Source: an uncultured Rickettsiales bacterium
GTDB lineage: Bacteria > Myxococcota_A > UBA796 > UBA9615 > CAYRNR01
Direction of reading: 5' to 3'
NCBI GenBank assembly: GCA_964436045.1
Contig: CAYTBN010000006.1
Coordinates: 48,300 to 112,299 of the forward strand
Length of the DNA: 64,000 nucleotides
The notes under the pieces were generated by a model. It searched no databases. It had not been told where the DNA came from and was given only the letters and a program-made list of their open reading frames with translations. Below, piece by piece: positions 8,987 through 17,628 of this stretch. The position numbers and the translations under genes are program-made. The first letter of the stretch is position 1, and every line of letters begins with the position of its first letter.

Positions 8987-9857
8987 GGGGCGGGCGGGCG
9001 GCGTTGTCGGCGTCGGGCACCGGGCGGGGCTCGGTGATTCCCTCGTTCGGTTCGTCGAGCATCTCCACGTCGATGGGGGCGACGTCGTCGGGAGCCTCCT
9101 CGATGGGTATCACCTCGACCGGCGTGGCGTCCTCGTCCCCGGGGCCGGCCTCCACCGCTGGCAATACGTGGCTGCTCTCGTCCTCCTCGACGCTCGCTTT
9201 GGCCACCGCCTCGGCCACGGCCTCGGGGGCCGGAGCCAGGGCCAGCTCGGGGAGTTCGCCCTCCTCGACCAACCGCCGCGCCAGGGCAAGGGAGGTCTCC
9301 ATACGGACGGCAGCCTCGGCATCTTCGGTGAACAGGGTGCGGGCGTTGGCCACCCAGCGCTCGCAGGCCTCGATCATCTCGGCGGCGTTCCACCAGCCGT
9401 GCCAGGCGTCCGGACCCAGAGCCAGCAGGGTGCTCATCCGCAGCAGGCAGATCCGATCCCAGCGTCCCCAACCCCGACCCTCGGGCGCGGTCGGCCCCCA
9501 CATCCAGATGGGGTAGTGGCGGCTCTCGGCGGCATCGGACTGGAGTCGCGCGGCGTTGCCGACCACATCCACGAGCTGCACACCGCGGGTGACCACGACG
9601 TTGCCCGGGTGCATGGCGCCGTGCTCGAGTCCCCGGGAGCGCAGGGCGTCCAGCTGGCGTAGCAGCTTGGCGAAGGCTTCGGCGGAGAACCGGAGGCGGT
9701 CGTCCGCGGGGATGCGCAGGAACATGGTGTCGAGGGTCGGGCCGGCGAGCCATGGGCGCCGGACCAGCAAACCGTCGTCGTCGAAGCGATAGTCGAGCAG
9801 GTACCCACCGTCCCGGGCGGTGTTCAACAGCTCGCGCAGGGTCGGCCGCGCGCGCAC
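8739..9857 (-). CDS. Protein-kinase-like fold protein (Kdo/RIO/APH-like, HGAMHPGNVVV motif); both the 3-prime end and the start are uncertain
   Basis: LEHGAMHPGNVVV resembles the catalytic loop of small lipid/sugar kinases. The last ~85 codons (RDGVGLRPPGGDRRTPSERGRSRG...) look like out-of-frame high-GC read-through. GTG 9857 is the first start downstream of the ogt stop. Confidence 0.45.
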   Translation of the reverse strand: MRARPTLRELLNTARDGGYLLDYRFDDDGLLVRRPWLAGPTLDTMFLRIPADDRLRFSAEAFAKLLRQLDALRSRGLEHGAMHPGNVVVTRGVQLVDVVGNAARLQSDAAESRHYPIWMWGPTAPEGRGWGRWDRICLLRMSTLLALGPDAWHGWWNAAEMIEACERWVANARTLFTEDAEAAVRMETSLALARRLVEEGELPELALAPAPEAVAEAVAKASVEEDESSHVLPAVEAGPGDEDATPVEVIPIEEAPDDVAPIDVEMLDEPNEGITEPRPVPDADNAARPPRDGVGLRPPGGDRRTPSERGRSRGDTIALGTARGDPRGPPELVRVPHGLVPDKLQRDGAPAGAGGTGDPGRGRRRADPRTRP

Positions 9858-9909
9858 GCCACGGAAACGCCGTTCGTACAGCGTCCCGTGTGGCGGTCGG
9901 TCGACCTTC

Positions 9910-10431
9910 CTACCCAATCTGGATCCCCTCCCGCTCCAGCAGCGCGCGCTTGAGCGCCAGCCCGCCGCCGAAACCTCCGATCGCCGGACCCGCGGCCACG
10001 ACGCGGTGACAAGGTACCAGCAGCGGCACCGGGTTGGCGCCACAGGCGCTTCCCACGGCCCGGACGGCCCGGGGCCGGCCGGCCAGCGCTGCCAGCTCAC
10101 CATACGTTATTACCCGCCCGCGTGGGATCCGCCGCAGCGCGCCCCAGACCGCGCGCTGGAAGGGGGTGCCCCCCGGATCGAGACGGACGTCTGCCGCCGG
10201 ATCGTCGCCCGCAAAAAAAGCATCGAGGGCGGCCATGTAGGGGGCCATCGCCTCCGGATCATCGAGGAGCCGGGCGCCGGGCAGCCGCCGCTCCATCGCC
10301 GCGCGCTCCGCGGCGAACGGGGTGCCGGGCAGGGTCGCGCGACACAGGCCATCGGCGGTGGCTAACAGATGCACCTCCCCAAGCGGTCCGTCGTGGGCCG
10401 CGTGAAGGAGCCGCGCGGAATTTGTTCTCAT
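9910..10431 (-). CDS. ogt: Methylated-DNA--protein-cysteine methyltransferase
   Basis: 173 aa from ATG 10431. Contains the PCHRVV active site and YGELA/GANPVPLLVP context. Confidence 0.9.
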   Translation of the reverse strand: MRTNSARLLHAAHDGPLGEVHLLATADGLCRATLPGTPFAAERAAMERRLPGARLLDDPEAMAPYMAALDAFFAGDDPAADVRLDPGGTPFQRAVWGALRRIPRGRVITYGELAALAGRPRAVRAVGSACGANPVPLLVPCHRVVAAGPAIGGFGGGLALKRALLEREGIQIG

Positions 10432-12044
10432 CGTCTGGCTCCCGCTCCAGAAACCGGATGGCGCAGATCGTATACGAAGTAGTCGTCGTTCAAGTACACC
10501 GGAGTCAATCTGGTCCGGCCGGAACTTGTCGGGACCACCAGCAGCCAGGCTCGTTCGCGCGCCGCCAGCCGGCGCAGATCTTCCGCGCTCTGGCGGGCGA
10601 ACGCAGCCCGGGCCCGTTCGCCCACCGCCCGGTATCCTCGCCACTCGTCGACCGGCGGCGTACCCGCCAGCAGATCCTCGCCGCACAGCTCCTCGAGGCG
10701 CCGCCGCCAGTCCATCGCCAGCTCGCGGTCGAAGACCGCCTCGCCCCCGTCTTTGACCGACACGAAGATCGCCCTCCCGGCCTCGGCGCGCAGCCACGTC
10801 ATCCCCGTGGGCGGAACCAGCAGGGACGATCCCGCCGACACCCGGAAGCGGGTTCCATCCAGGGCGTCGACCAGTTCTCCGGCTGTGCCGCCCGGCGCGC
10901 CCAGCGTGAAGGTCACGGGTTCGCGGAGCCCCATCGCCGTCGACTCGAAGCCCACCACCAGCAGCAGACCCAGGGCGACACCGGCCGGCATTGCCCACCA
11001 GCGCCGGCCTCGGAGCAGGGTGAAGACCGCGCCTCCGGCCGCCAGGTAGGCAAGCACGGCCAGCAGGATCCACGCCTCCCAGAGATGCAGGGCCAGCAGC
11101 GGAGCGAGGGGCAGCGGGCCGGCCGCCAGCGTCCCCAGCAGGGGACCACACAGCAGGACGCCAGCGATCAGCAGATGCGCCCGTCGCCGCGTCGTGCGAT
11201 CCGCGACCCAGCGGGACGCGACCACCCACAGCCCCAGCTGGAACCCGGCGACCAACCAGACGGCGGCGGGCCAGCGGTCCGGGAACAGGTGGTGGGGCAT
11301 CCGCCAGCGAAGGATGTTCATCCATGCCTCGTCGACCCACCAGGCTCCTGGGCCCCCGCGCAGGGCGACCATCGCCAGCAGGGGGGCCGCGCAGATCAGG
11401 AACACTCCGGCAGCCCGGAGCGCGCGGGGACGCAGGGCGGGGTCGGCCACCGTGGCCACCGCCAGCGCGAGGGCGACGTGGCTCGCCGTGGTCGCGTGCA
11501 GGTCGAAGGCCAGCCCGCAGAGGGCCGCCGCACGGATCGGCCGGCCGCGCAGCAGGAGCCAGACCGCACCCAGCAGCAGCGGGTGGACCGCCGTGCGGTT
11601 GATCAGCTCGGGCTCGAAGGTGTGGACGTGGGCCGGGCAGCCCTTGAACACCACCAGCAGCAGGGGGGCCACCAGCGCGGCCCAGGGATTGCCCAGCAAC
11701 GTGCGGGCGAGCTGGACCAGCAGGGCGAAGGTGGCGGTGAGGGCCACCACGTAGAGGCAAAGGTAGAGGTGGGGCAGGTTCTCCCACCCGATCCAGCGCA
11801 CCAGCGGCGTCTGCAGATGCCACCAGAGGCTGGCGTGAGCGCCGCCCCGGGTCGCCACCAGATCGGCCGCCATCCCGCCCGGGTCCATCAGCTCGCGCAG
11901 GAAGGTCAGGTGGATCGCCTGGTCGGTGGTTCCGTAGCGGTAACCGTTGGCCAGCAGCGCCAATCCGGCGAGCAGCGGGGGCCAGGCCCACAACAGCGCG
12001 CGGGGGGGCGTGGTTCGGCTGGCATTCGACGACCTGCTCTTCAT
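10428..12044 (-). CDS. Large polytopic membrane protein with a C-terminal soluble domain (GT-C-like architecture, family not recognised)
   Basis: About 538 aa from ATG 12044. It has many hydrophobic helices over about 380 aa, then a soluble tail. Its stop overlaps the ogt start as ATGA. Confidence 0.7.
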   Translation of the reverse strand: MKSRSSNASRTTPPRALLWAWPPLLAGLALLANGYRYGTTDQAIHLTFLRELMDPGGMAADLVATRGGAHASLWWHLQTPLVRWIGWENLPHLYLCLYVVALTATFALLVQLARTLLGNPWAALVAPLLLVVFKGCPAHVHTFEPELINRTAVHPLLLGAVWLLLRGRPIRAAALCGLAFDLHATTASHVALALAVATVADPALRPRALRAAGVFLICAAPLLAMVALRGGPGAWWVDEAWMNILRWRMPHHLFPDRWPAAVWLVAGFQLGLWVVASRWVADRTTRRRAHLLIAGVLLCGPLLGTLAAGPLPLAPLLALHLWEAWILLAVLAYLAAGGAVFTLLRGRRWWAMPAGVALGLLLVVGFESTAMGLREPVTFTLGAPGGTAGELVDALDGTRFRVSAGSSLLVPPTGMTWLRAEAGRAIFVSVKDGGEAVFDRELAMDWRRRLEELCGEDLLAGTPPVDEWRGYRAVGERARAAFARQSAEDLRRLAARERAWLLVVPTSSGRTRLTPVYLNDDYFVYDLRHPVSGAGARR

Positions 12045-12278
12045 CACCGACCCAGGGTACGCGCGCGACAGCGTCGGGCGCCAGACGGACGCCGGACCGA
12101 CCTGGCTTTTGTGGAATTGACCTTTTCTTGACAAGGCTCCTGAGGTGCCCTGGTGCTATGATGACAGCAGGTGGCACGGAACCCAGCTGAGGTGGGAGGT
12201 AGGAGCTAGTTAGGCCGCGATATCGTTGTGGAATCTGGAGGGGTGTAGTCACCGTAGGCGTCAAGACCGGGAGGCGAG

Positions 12279-12467
12279 ATGGATGCCGCGGTGGAAGTTG
12301 TCTGTCCGTATTGTGGCGAGATAGTCCACGTTCAAGTGGAACTGGCCGCTCGACTGCAGAAGTACCGGGAAGACTGCGAGGTCTGTTGCCGGCCGATGCG
12401 AGTCGAGGTTCGTTTCGACACCAACTACGAGTTCGAACTGTCCGTAAAGCGCTCAAGCGGCGTCTGA
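12279..12467 (+). CDS. CPXCG-motif cysteine-rich small protein (zinc-ribbon-like)
   Basis: 62 aa. VVCPYCGE...EDCEVCCRPM gives two Cys pairs in the arrangement of the CPXCG family. Confidence 0.85.
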   Translation: MDAAVEVVCPYCGEIVHVQVELAARLQKYREDCEVCCRPMRVEVRFDTNYEFELSVKRSSGV

Positions 12468-12610
12468 GCCGTCGTTCGGGCCATTCCCTGCCGACCGTGT
12501 GCGGGTGTGCGCGCCCCGCGATTCTCCTGAAACCGAGTGACAGATTGTCAATGGCCGGGGGTCCGACCTCGGGGGTTTGACACTTTGTCGCCCTGTCCGC
12601 ATGCACAAAC

Positions 12611-12624
12611 CCCGTGATCACGGG
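12611..12624. promoter_or_regulatory. Perfect 14-bp palindrome cccgtgatcacggg, candidate operator
   Basis: Seen directly in the sequence. It lies 20 bp upstream of the sigma-54 -24 element. Confidence 0.4.
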
Positions 12625-12643
12625 TAGTTGGCCGTCCCCGCGC

Positions 12644-12659
12644 TGGCATGCTCCTTGCT
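12644..12659 (+). promoter_or_regulatory. Sigma-54 (-24/-12) promoter
   Basis: TGGCATGctccTTGCT matches the TGGCAC-N5-TTGCW consensus with correct GG-N10-GC spacing. It lies about 30 nt before ATG 12689, with an AAGGAG SD in between. Confidence 0.6.
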
Positions 12660-12688
12660 GCACTCAAGCCCGAAGGAGTCCGTGCGCG

Positions 12689-14590
12689 ATGACAGTCCGT
12701 TTTCTGGCAGCGTTGATCGCAACCGTGTCGCTGGCCGCCCCGGCGGGCGCCCAACCCGAAGAGGTGTCAGGCAGTTACCCCGTCGGCAGCGGTCCTGTGG
12801 CCGCGGCCTTCACCGACGCCGACCGTCTGGCGGTGGTGCTGGACGGCGACGGGGGCACCTTGTCGGTGATCGACACCGCCGATCTGACCGCGGCGGCGGT
12901 CACCTACGGCACCTGCGCCGGTCCGAGGGACGTGGCCCAGTCCTCCTCGATGGCCGCGCTGGTGGTGGCCTGCGACGACGGCACGCTGGAGCGTTTCACG
13001 GTCTCGACGGCCTACTTCCCCGCGATCCTGGTCGAGCAGACCGCGATCGCGCTGGCCGACGCCCCCGAATTGAGCGCCATCGCGGTGGCCGGCAGCGACG
13101 GCTACGCGGCATCCACCTCCGGAAACGTCTACGCGGCCGACATGACGACCTCGGCCGAGGTCACCGACGGCGAGTTCCCCTTCGACCTGACCGCCACGGT
13201 GGCGGACGCCGCTCCGGTGGCGATGGCCATCGACGCATCGGGGGAGCGGCTGATGATCGCCCTGGCCAGTGGCCAGCTGGTGGACCTGGACCTGAGCGGG
13301 GACAGCCTGGTGGCCGAGGTCGTGGAGACCGGAGCCACAGACCTCGCGGACGTGACCGGCACCGACCCGTTCTACGCCCTGGCCTCCGATGGCAGCGTGT
13401 TCGAGATCCTCGGCGGCGCGTTGACGGCCGATCCGCTGGGCACAGCCCTCGGCGGGGGTGGCCTGACATTGCTGGAGACGGGGGGCGACTGCTGGCTCGC
13501 CGTGGCGGGCGGCGGCGTGGTGGATTTCCTGGACTGCGACGACGGCAGCTCCTGGGGCCAGGTGGCCGCGTCATCGGGCGTGGCAGCTGCGGCCGCCAGC
13601 GACGACGGTTATCTGCTGGTGGTCGACCCGGACGCCGACCTGGCCCAGGTGTTGACGGCCAATCCCTGGATCACCATCGACGCGGTCGCGCCGGATCCCA
13701 TCGACCTGGAGAGCGACGTCACCGTGACGCTGACCAGCGACACGGACGGCACGCTCAGCGTGCTGCTCGGCGGCGACGTGGACGGCTCGGGGAGCGATCT
13801 GTCGCCGGATGTGACCAGCGTGATCGCCGACACGGCCACCGACGTCGCGTTCGACGGCAGCCAGCTGGCCGAAGGCGACAACACGGTGTTCGCCTTTGTC
13901 GAGGCAGCCGACGGTTCCATCGGCCGCAACGCCGTCGAGCTGAGCGCCGAGGTCGAGGCAGAGCTGACCGCTCCGGAGGGGTTCTACGCCTCGGCAGGCA
14001 ACGCAAAGGTGACGCTGAGCTGGGCGGAGGTGGAGGTCGCCGGGATCACCGTCGACCACTACCTGGTCTACTTCGGCATCGAGAGCTTCGATCCCGGTGA
14101 CGGCGACCCCGGCTACTGCGATGACGAGGACGAGAGCGTCTGTTCCGGCATCACGGTCGACGCGGCGACCGGCACCTCGTCCATGTCGATGGCGATCCTG
14201 CTGGAGGACGACGACGACAGCACGGGGGACGACGACACCGCCGGGGACGACGACACCACCGGGGACGACGACACCACCGGGGACGACGACACCTCCGGCG
14301 ACGACGACACCACGCCCGACGACGGTTCGGTGTCCCTGACGATCTCGCCCCTGACCAACGACGTGACCTACTACTTTGCCGTGGCCGCGGTCACCAGCGA
14401 CGAGGTGACGGGCCCGTTCACCGATGTGGTCTCGGCCACACCCCAGCAGACCGGCGGCGCCGCCTGGTTGGCCGGGGACGAGGGCGGCTACGGGTGCAGC
14501 GGCTGTGACACGACCGCTACCCGCGCGCGCAGGGTGGCGATCCTGGGGTTATTGGCCGCCGCCGCGTTGATGCGACGAAACCGAAGGTGA
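12689..14590 (+). CDS. Exported repeat protein with an FN3-like module, a polyacidic DDDT linker and a MYXO-CTERM-like sorting tail
   Basis: Signal peptide MTVRFLAALIATVSLAAPAGAQP. FN3-like stretch GNAKVTLSWAEVEVAGITVDHYLVYF. C-terminus GCSGCD...VAILGLLAAAALMRRNRR. Confidence 0.8.
   Translation: MTVRFLAALIATVSLAAPAGAQPEEVSGSYPVGSGPVAAAFTDADRLAVVLDGDGGTLSVIDTADLTAAAVTYGTCAGPRDVAQSSSMAALVVACDDGTLERFTVSTAYFPAILVEQTAIALADAPELSAIAVAGSDGYAASTSGNVYAADMTTSAEVTDGEFPFDLTATVADAAPVAMAIDASGERLMIALASGQLVDLDLSGDSLVAEVVETGATDLADVTGTDPFYALASDGSVFEILGGALTADPLGTALGGGGLTLLETGGDCWLAVAGGGVVDFLDCDDGSSWGQVAASSGVAAAAASDDGYLLVVDPDADLAQVLTANPWITIDAVAPDPIDLESDVTVTLTSDTDGTLSVLLGGDVDGSGSDLSPDVTSVIADTATDVAFDGSQLAEGDNTVFAFVEAADGSIGRNAVELSAEVEAELTAPEGFYASAGNAKVTLSWAEVEVAGITVDHYLVYFGIESFDPGDGDPGYCDDEDESVCSGITVDAATGTSSMSMAILLEDDDDSTGDDDTAGDDDTTGDDDTTGDDDTSGDDDTTPDDGSVSLTISPLTNDVTYYFAVAAVTSDEVTGPFTDVVSATPQQTGGAAWLAGDEGGYGCSGCDTTATRARRVAILGLLAAAALMRRNRR
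14207..14326 (+). repeat. In-frame 18-nt tandem repeat encoding (DDDTxG)n
   Basis: gacgacgacaccaccggg-type units occur about 6 times, encoding DDDDSTGDDDTAGDDDTTGDDDTTGDDDTSGDDDTTPDD. Confidence 0.9.
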
Positions 14591-14594
14591 GAAG

Positions 14595-15296
14595 ATGAGC
14601 ACCGCCATGAGCCAACGAACGATTCTCGCGCTGCTGATCGCGTGCCTGCTGGGGGCGATGGCCCCGGGGCGGGCCTACGCCGGCTTCCTCAACGAACCGG
14701 ACGAATCTCCCAAGTGGTTCACCACCTCGCTTGGCGTGTCGTGGTGGTTCCCGGCCGGGGACAACACCGCCTACACCAGCGTCTACGACCCGGGCGCCAA
14801 GGCCATCTGGCGGTTGCACGTCGGGTTCGTGCCCATCGCCCGCTACGTACAGCTGGAGATCGGGGCCTCGGTGGGATTCCACCAGAAGGCCTCCTTCCAG
14901 GTGGGCGCCGCCAGCTCCGAGGTCTCCGGCGAGAACATCATGATGACGCTGACGCCCCTGCGCTGGGGCTTCAAGCTGGGGATCGACCCCATCGCGGAGT
15001 TCCCGGTGGTGCCCTACGCCCTGCTGGGCTGGGACTACGTCCTGTGGCGGGAGCACTCCTCGTCCTCGGAGGTCAAGGGGGGCAAGGGCGCCTGGCACTA
15101 CGGTTTTGGCGTCGGGCTGCTGCTGGACCGGGTCGAGCCCCGCCGCGCGTCGCAGAACGATGCCCTCGCTGGCCTCAACGACGCCTTCCTGACCATCGAC
15201 GCCACCAACGTCCAGTACCTCAAGGCCTGGCAGACCGAGGGCGCCCTCGACCTGACCGGCTGGCAGCTCAGCCTGGCCCTCAAGCTCGATTTCTAG
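14595..15296 (+). CDS. Outer-membrane beta-barrel protein (small, 8-10 strand type)
   Basis: Signal peptide ending RAYA, alternating hydrophobic strands, and a C-terminal LSLALKLDF with a terminal Phe. Confidence 0.65.
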   Translation: MSTAMSQRTILALLIACLLGAMAPGRAYAGFLNEPDESPKWFTTSLGVSWWFPAGDNTAYTSVYDPGAKAIWRLHVGFVPIARYVQLEIGASVGFHQKASFQVGAASSEVSGENIMMTLTPLRWGFKLGIDPIAEFPVVPYALLGWDYVLWREHSSSSEVKGGKGAWHYGFGVGLLLDRVEPRRASQNDALAGLNDAFLTIDATNVQYLKAWQTEGALDLTGWQLSLALKLDF

Positions 15297-15367
15297 CCCG
15301 CCTTCTCACGAAGCCCCCCGAAGCCTTCAGCCTTCCGCCTTCATCTCACCAGGGTCGGCGAGCGGGG

Positions 15368-16168
15368 TTACTGGCCCATCTGGATCGGGATGCCGTCGTA
15401 GGCGAAGACCAGGTTGCGGATGTACTTGTCGACCGCCGAGTCGTCCACGAGGATGATGATGATCACGTTCTCGACGGTCGGCTGCAGCACGCCGGTAATG
15501 CCGTCCCGGTCCACGTCCAGGTCGAAGGTCGCGTTGGCCTCGTTGAGCTTCATGAAGCCGATGATGTGGGCGTTGACCATCACCTCGATGCCGTCGTCGA
15601 CCGCCTCCACGTCGATGGTCCACTGGCCCCCGTACTTCGGCGGGTAGGTCAGGTAGGCCATGGCGTAGGTGAAGGTGGCCCACTCGAAGGTCGCCAGATC
15701 CGAGTCCCCTTCGTACGAGAACTCCTCCTGCAGGTAGGAGGGATCGAGGTTGGTGTGGTCGATGATGTGTTGCTCGATCAGATCGTAGGCCTGCTGGTGG
15801 CCCAGGTTGGGATCGAGCAGGCCGTGGCCGCCGCTGGGTTCGTACCAGTACAGGTCGGTGTCGCCGTGGTGGTCCACGTGGAAGTTCGGATTGGAGGTGG
15901 TCTGGTAGTGGATGCCGTCGTCGTACACGTACCAGCCTACGATGACCTCCTCGAGGCTGGGGGTCGCGTCGTCGTCATCGTCGTCCGCGGTATCGTCGTC
16001 CCCGGTGTCGTCGTCGTCCGCGGTGTCGTCGTCGTCATCCCCTGGGCTGCCGTCATCGTCATCGTCGTCGGTGGTGTCGTCGTCCTCTCCGCTGCCAGCG
16101 TCCAGTTCGTAGTCCTGGCATCCGAACAACAGCAGGGTCGTCAGTAGGAACGGGATCGTCCAGCGCAC
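15368..16168 (-). CDS. Lipoprotein with a polyacidic D/T-rich linker, hypothetical
   Basis: GTG 16168 follows a GAGGGAG SD. VRWTIPFLLTTLLLFGCQ is a lipobox. It is followed by EDDDTTDDDDDDGSPGDDDDDTADDDDTGDDDTADDDDDD. Confidence 0.7.
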   Translation of the reverse strand: MRWTIPFLLTTLLLFGCQDYELDAGSGEDDDTTDDDDDDGSPGDDDDDTADDDDTGDDDTADDDDDDATPSLEEVIVGWYVYDDGIHYQTTSNPNFHVDHHGDTDLYWYEPSGGHGLLDPNLGHQQAYDLIEQHIIDHTNLDPSYLQEEFSYEGDSDLATFEWATFTYAMAYLTYPPKYGGQWTIDVEAVDDGIEVMVNAHIIGFMKLNEANATFDLDVDRDGITGVLQPTVENVIIIILVDDSAVDKYIRNLVFAYDGIPIQMGQ

Positions 16169-16296
16169 GGCAGTCTCCCTCGGTAGGCGTGCCCAGCTCG
16201 ACCTTAGCACGACAGCGGGGGCGCGCTCCGGGTCGTCACTCGCCTGATCTCATTCGGTCGTCGGGATCAACCGCCGTCTCATGGGTCTCTCTCCCG

Positions 16297-17628
16297 TCAG
16301 CGGAAGTCCGACGATCGGTGCTGCAGACAGCCGTTGATCCATACCTCGAACGCCAGGCTCTCGGTGCTGTCCTGCTGGGATAGCTCCGGGGTGAACGGCA
16401 GTACCAGCTGGTAGGCGCCGTCGGCGCTGGCAGCGATGGCATGGAAGGCGTGGGTATCGTCGGTATCGAACCAGTAGCGCAGCTTGCGCCGCATGTTGAG
16501 CGTGACCTCGGCGGCGGCGACGGTCTCGTGCTTGGTGAGCACGAGGTGGACGGTCATCGGCTGACCCCACTCCAGCGTCTGGACCCGCTCGCCGGCCCGC
16601 TCCAGGTACAGATCGTCGACCCGCGCCACCCGGGCCACGGGGCGGGTGACCAGCTCTTCGAGCAGCTCTTGATCCCAGGTGACGCGGACCCGCATCGGCG
16701 CCGCGGACGCCGTCGGCAGCTGCAGTTCCACCGACTCCTTCCACACGTTGGTGGGCGGGATCCAAGAACCATCCTCGGCGATCCGGGCCTCCGCCTCGCT
16801 GGCCACCCCGACGGCCTGGTGCACCGGGAAGCGGCTGGCCACCAGCGGGTCCTCGCCGAACTCGTCGAACACCTCGATGCCGAGCTCGCCGACGACCGCG
16901 GCCTCCCTGTCCGTGGTGTTGATCACCTGCAGGGTGGTGGTCATGACCACCGGCTCTCCCCGCTCGAGGCACCCCAGGCCCTCGTCTGGACGGGTCAGGC
17001 TGGACAGCTGGACACCGTCCAGAAGAAGCGCCCTGTTCTCCAGCGTCCTGTGGCGATCCTGGTAGTGGGCTGCGGACGCACGTCGACGAAGCGACAGGGT
17101 GATCGAGCGTCCGTCGGCGCTGACCTCGGAGTCGGCCCGGTCCAGCGCGGACAGCACCTCGTACAGCGCGTCGTCGAGCAGAGCGGGCAGTGCTCCCTCG
17201 TCGCAGGTCTCGCACTGACGGCTGGCGGCGGACACCGTGACCTCGTCGACAACCCTGGTGAGCTGGACCGTCACCACGCGGACCTCACCGATCCGGCCGA
17301 CCTCGCCGGTCAACAGATGGGCGGCGCCGAGGGAGCGGGCCGCCGTGGCCAGGCAGCTGGCGCTGCGACAGCCATCGTCCTTGCTGGCGTCCACGGTCCG
17401 CAGCAGTTCGCCGTGGGCCACGAAACGCCCCGCGTTTGCGTGTTCTGCTGCCACGCCTTCGGCGATGCCGGTCAGGATCGCGGCCGTGCTCTCGGCCACC
17501 TCCAGCGCCGTCATCGGCGCCACCGCGATGCCCCCGGGGTCTTCGGCCCGCGCGCTGCCCGTGACACACAGCCCCCCCGACGCGCAGGCGGCGGTGAGAA
17601 GGAGGCAGCGCAGGAGGGGACGGGCCAC
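16297..17628 (-). CDS. Exported hypothetical protein (LpoB/TolB-N-like N-terminal module, unknown C-terminal domain)
   Basis: GTG 17628 follows a GAGAGG SD. Signal peptide VARPLLRCLLLTAACASGG. The pattern C-x4-C...LGAAHLLTGEVGRIGEVRVVTVQL resembles small periplasmic scaffold domains. Confidence 0.6.
   Translation of the reverse strand: MARPLLRCLLLTAACASGGLCVTGSARAEDPGGIAVAPMTALEVAESTAAILTGIAEGVAAEHANAGRFVAHGELLRTVDASKDDGCRSASCLATAARSLGAAHLLTGEVGRIGEVRVVTVQLTRVVDEVTVSAASRQCETCDEGALPALLDDALYEVLSALDRADSEVSADGRSITLSLRRRASAAHYQDRHRTLENRALLLDGVQLSSLTRPDEGLGCLERGEPVVMTTTLQVINTTDREAAVVGELGIEVFDEFGEDPLVASRFPVHQAVGVASEAEARIAEDGSWIPPTNVWKESVELQLPTASAAPMRVRVTWDQELLEELVTRPVARVARVDDLYLERAGERVQTLEWGQPMTVHLVLTKHETVAAAEVTLNMRRKLRYWFDTDDTHAFHAIAASADGAYQLVLPFTPELSQQDSTESLAFEVWINGCLQHRSSDFR

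Noticed and set aside
12128-12162. TTGACA at 12128-12133 and TGcTATGAT at 12154-12162, upstream of the CPXCG gene.
   Set aside because: The -35/-10 spacer is 23 nt, too long for a standard sigma-70 promoter. Only an extended -10 reading would work, which I consider too weak to list.
9910-12663. A 917-aa minus-strand ORF, the longest in this region.
   Set aside because: Only its last 173 codons (Ogt) look like protein. The rest is R/G/P-rich read-through that overlaps the better-supported membrane-protein frame (10428-12044) and the CPXCG gene. This is typical stop-poor off-frame sequence in high-GC DNA.
14207-14326. Regular short tandem repeats that could superficially resemble a CRISPR array (also at 35101-35223, 44515-44661 and 49352-49490).
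   Set aside because: The units are contiguous with no unique spacers, have periods of 15-48 nt, and are in frame inside well-supported CDS, where they encode acidic or Pro-rich linkers.
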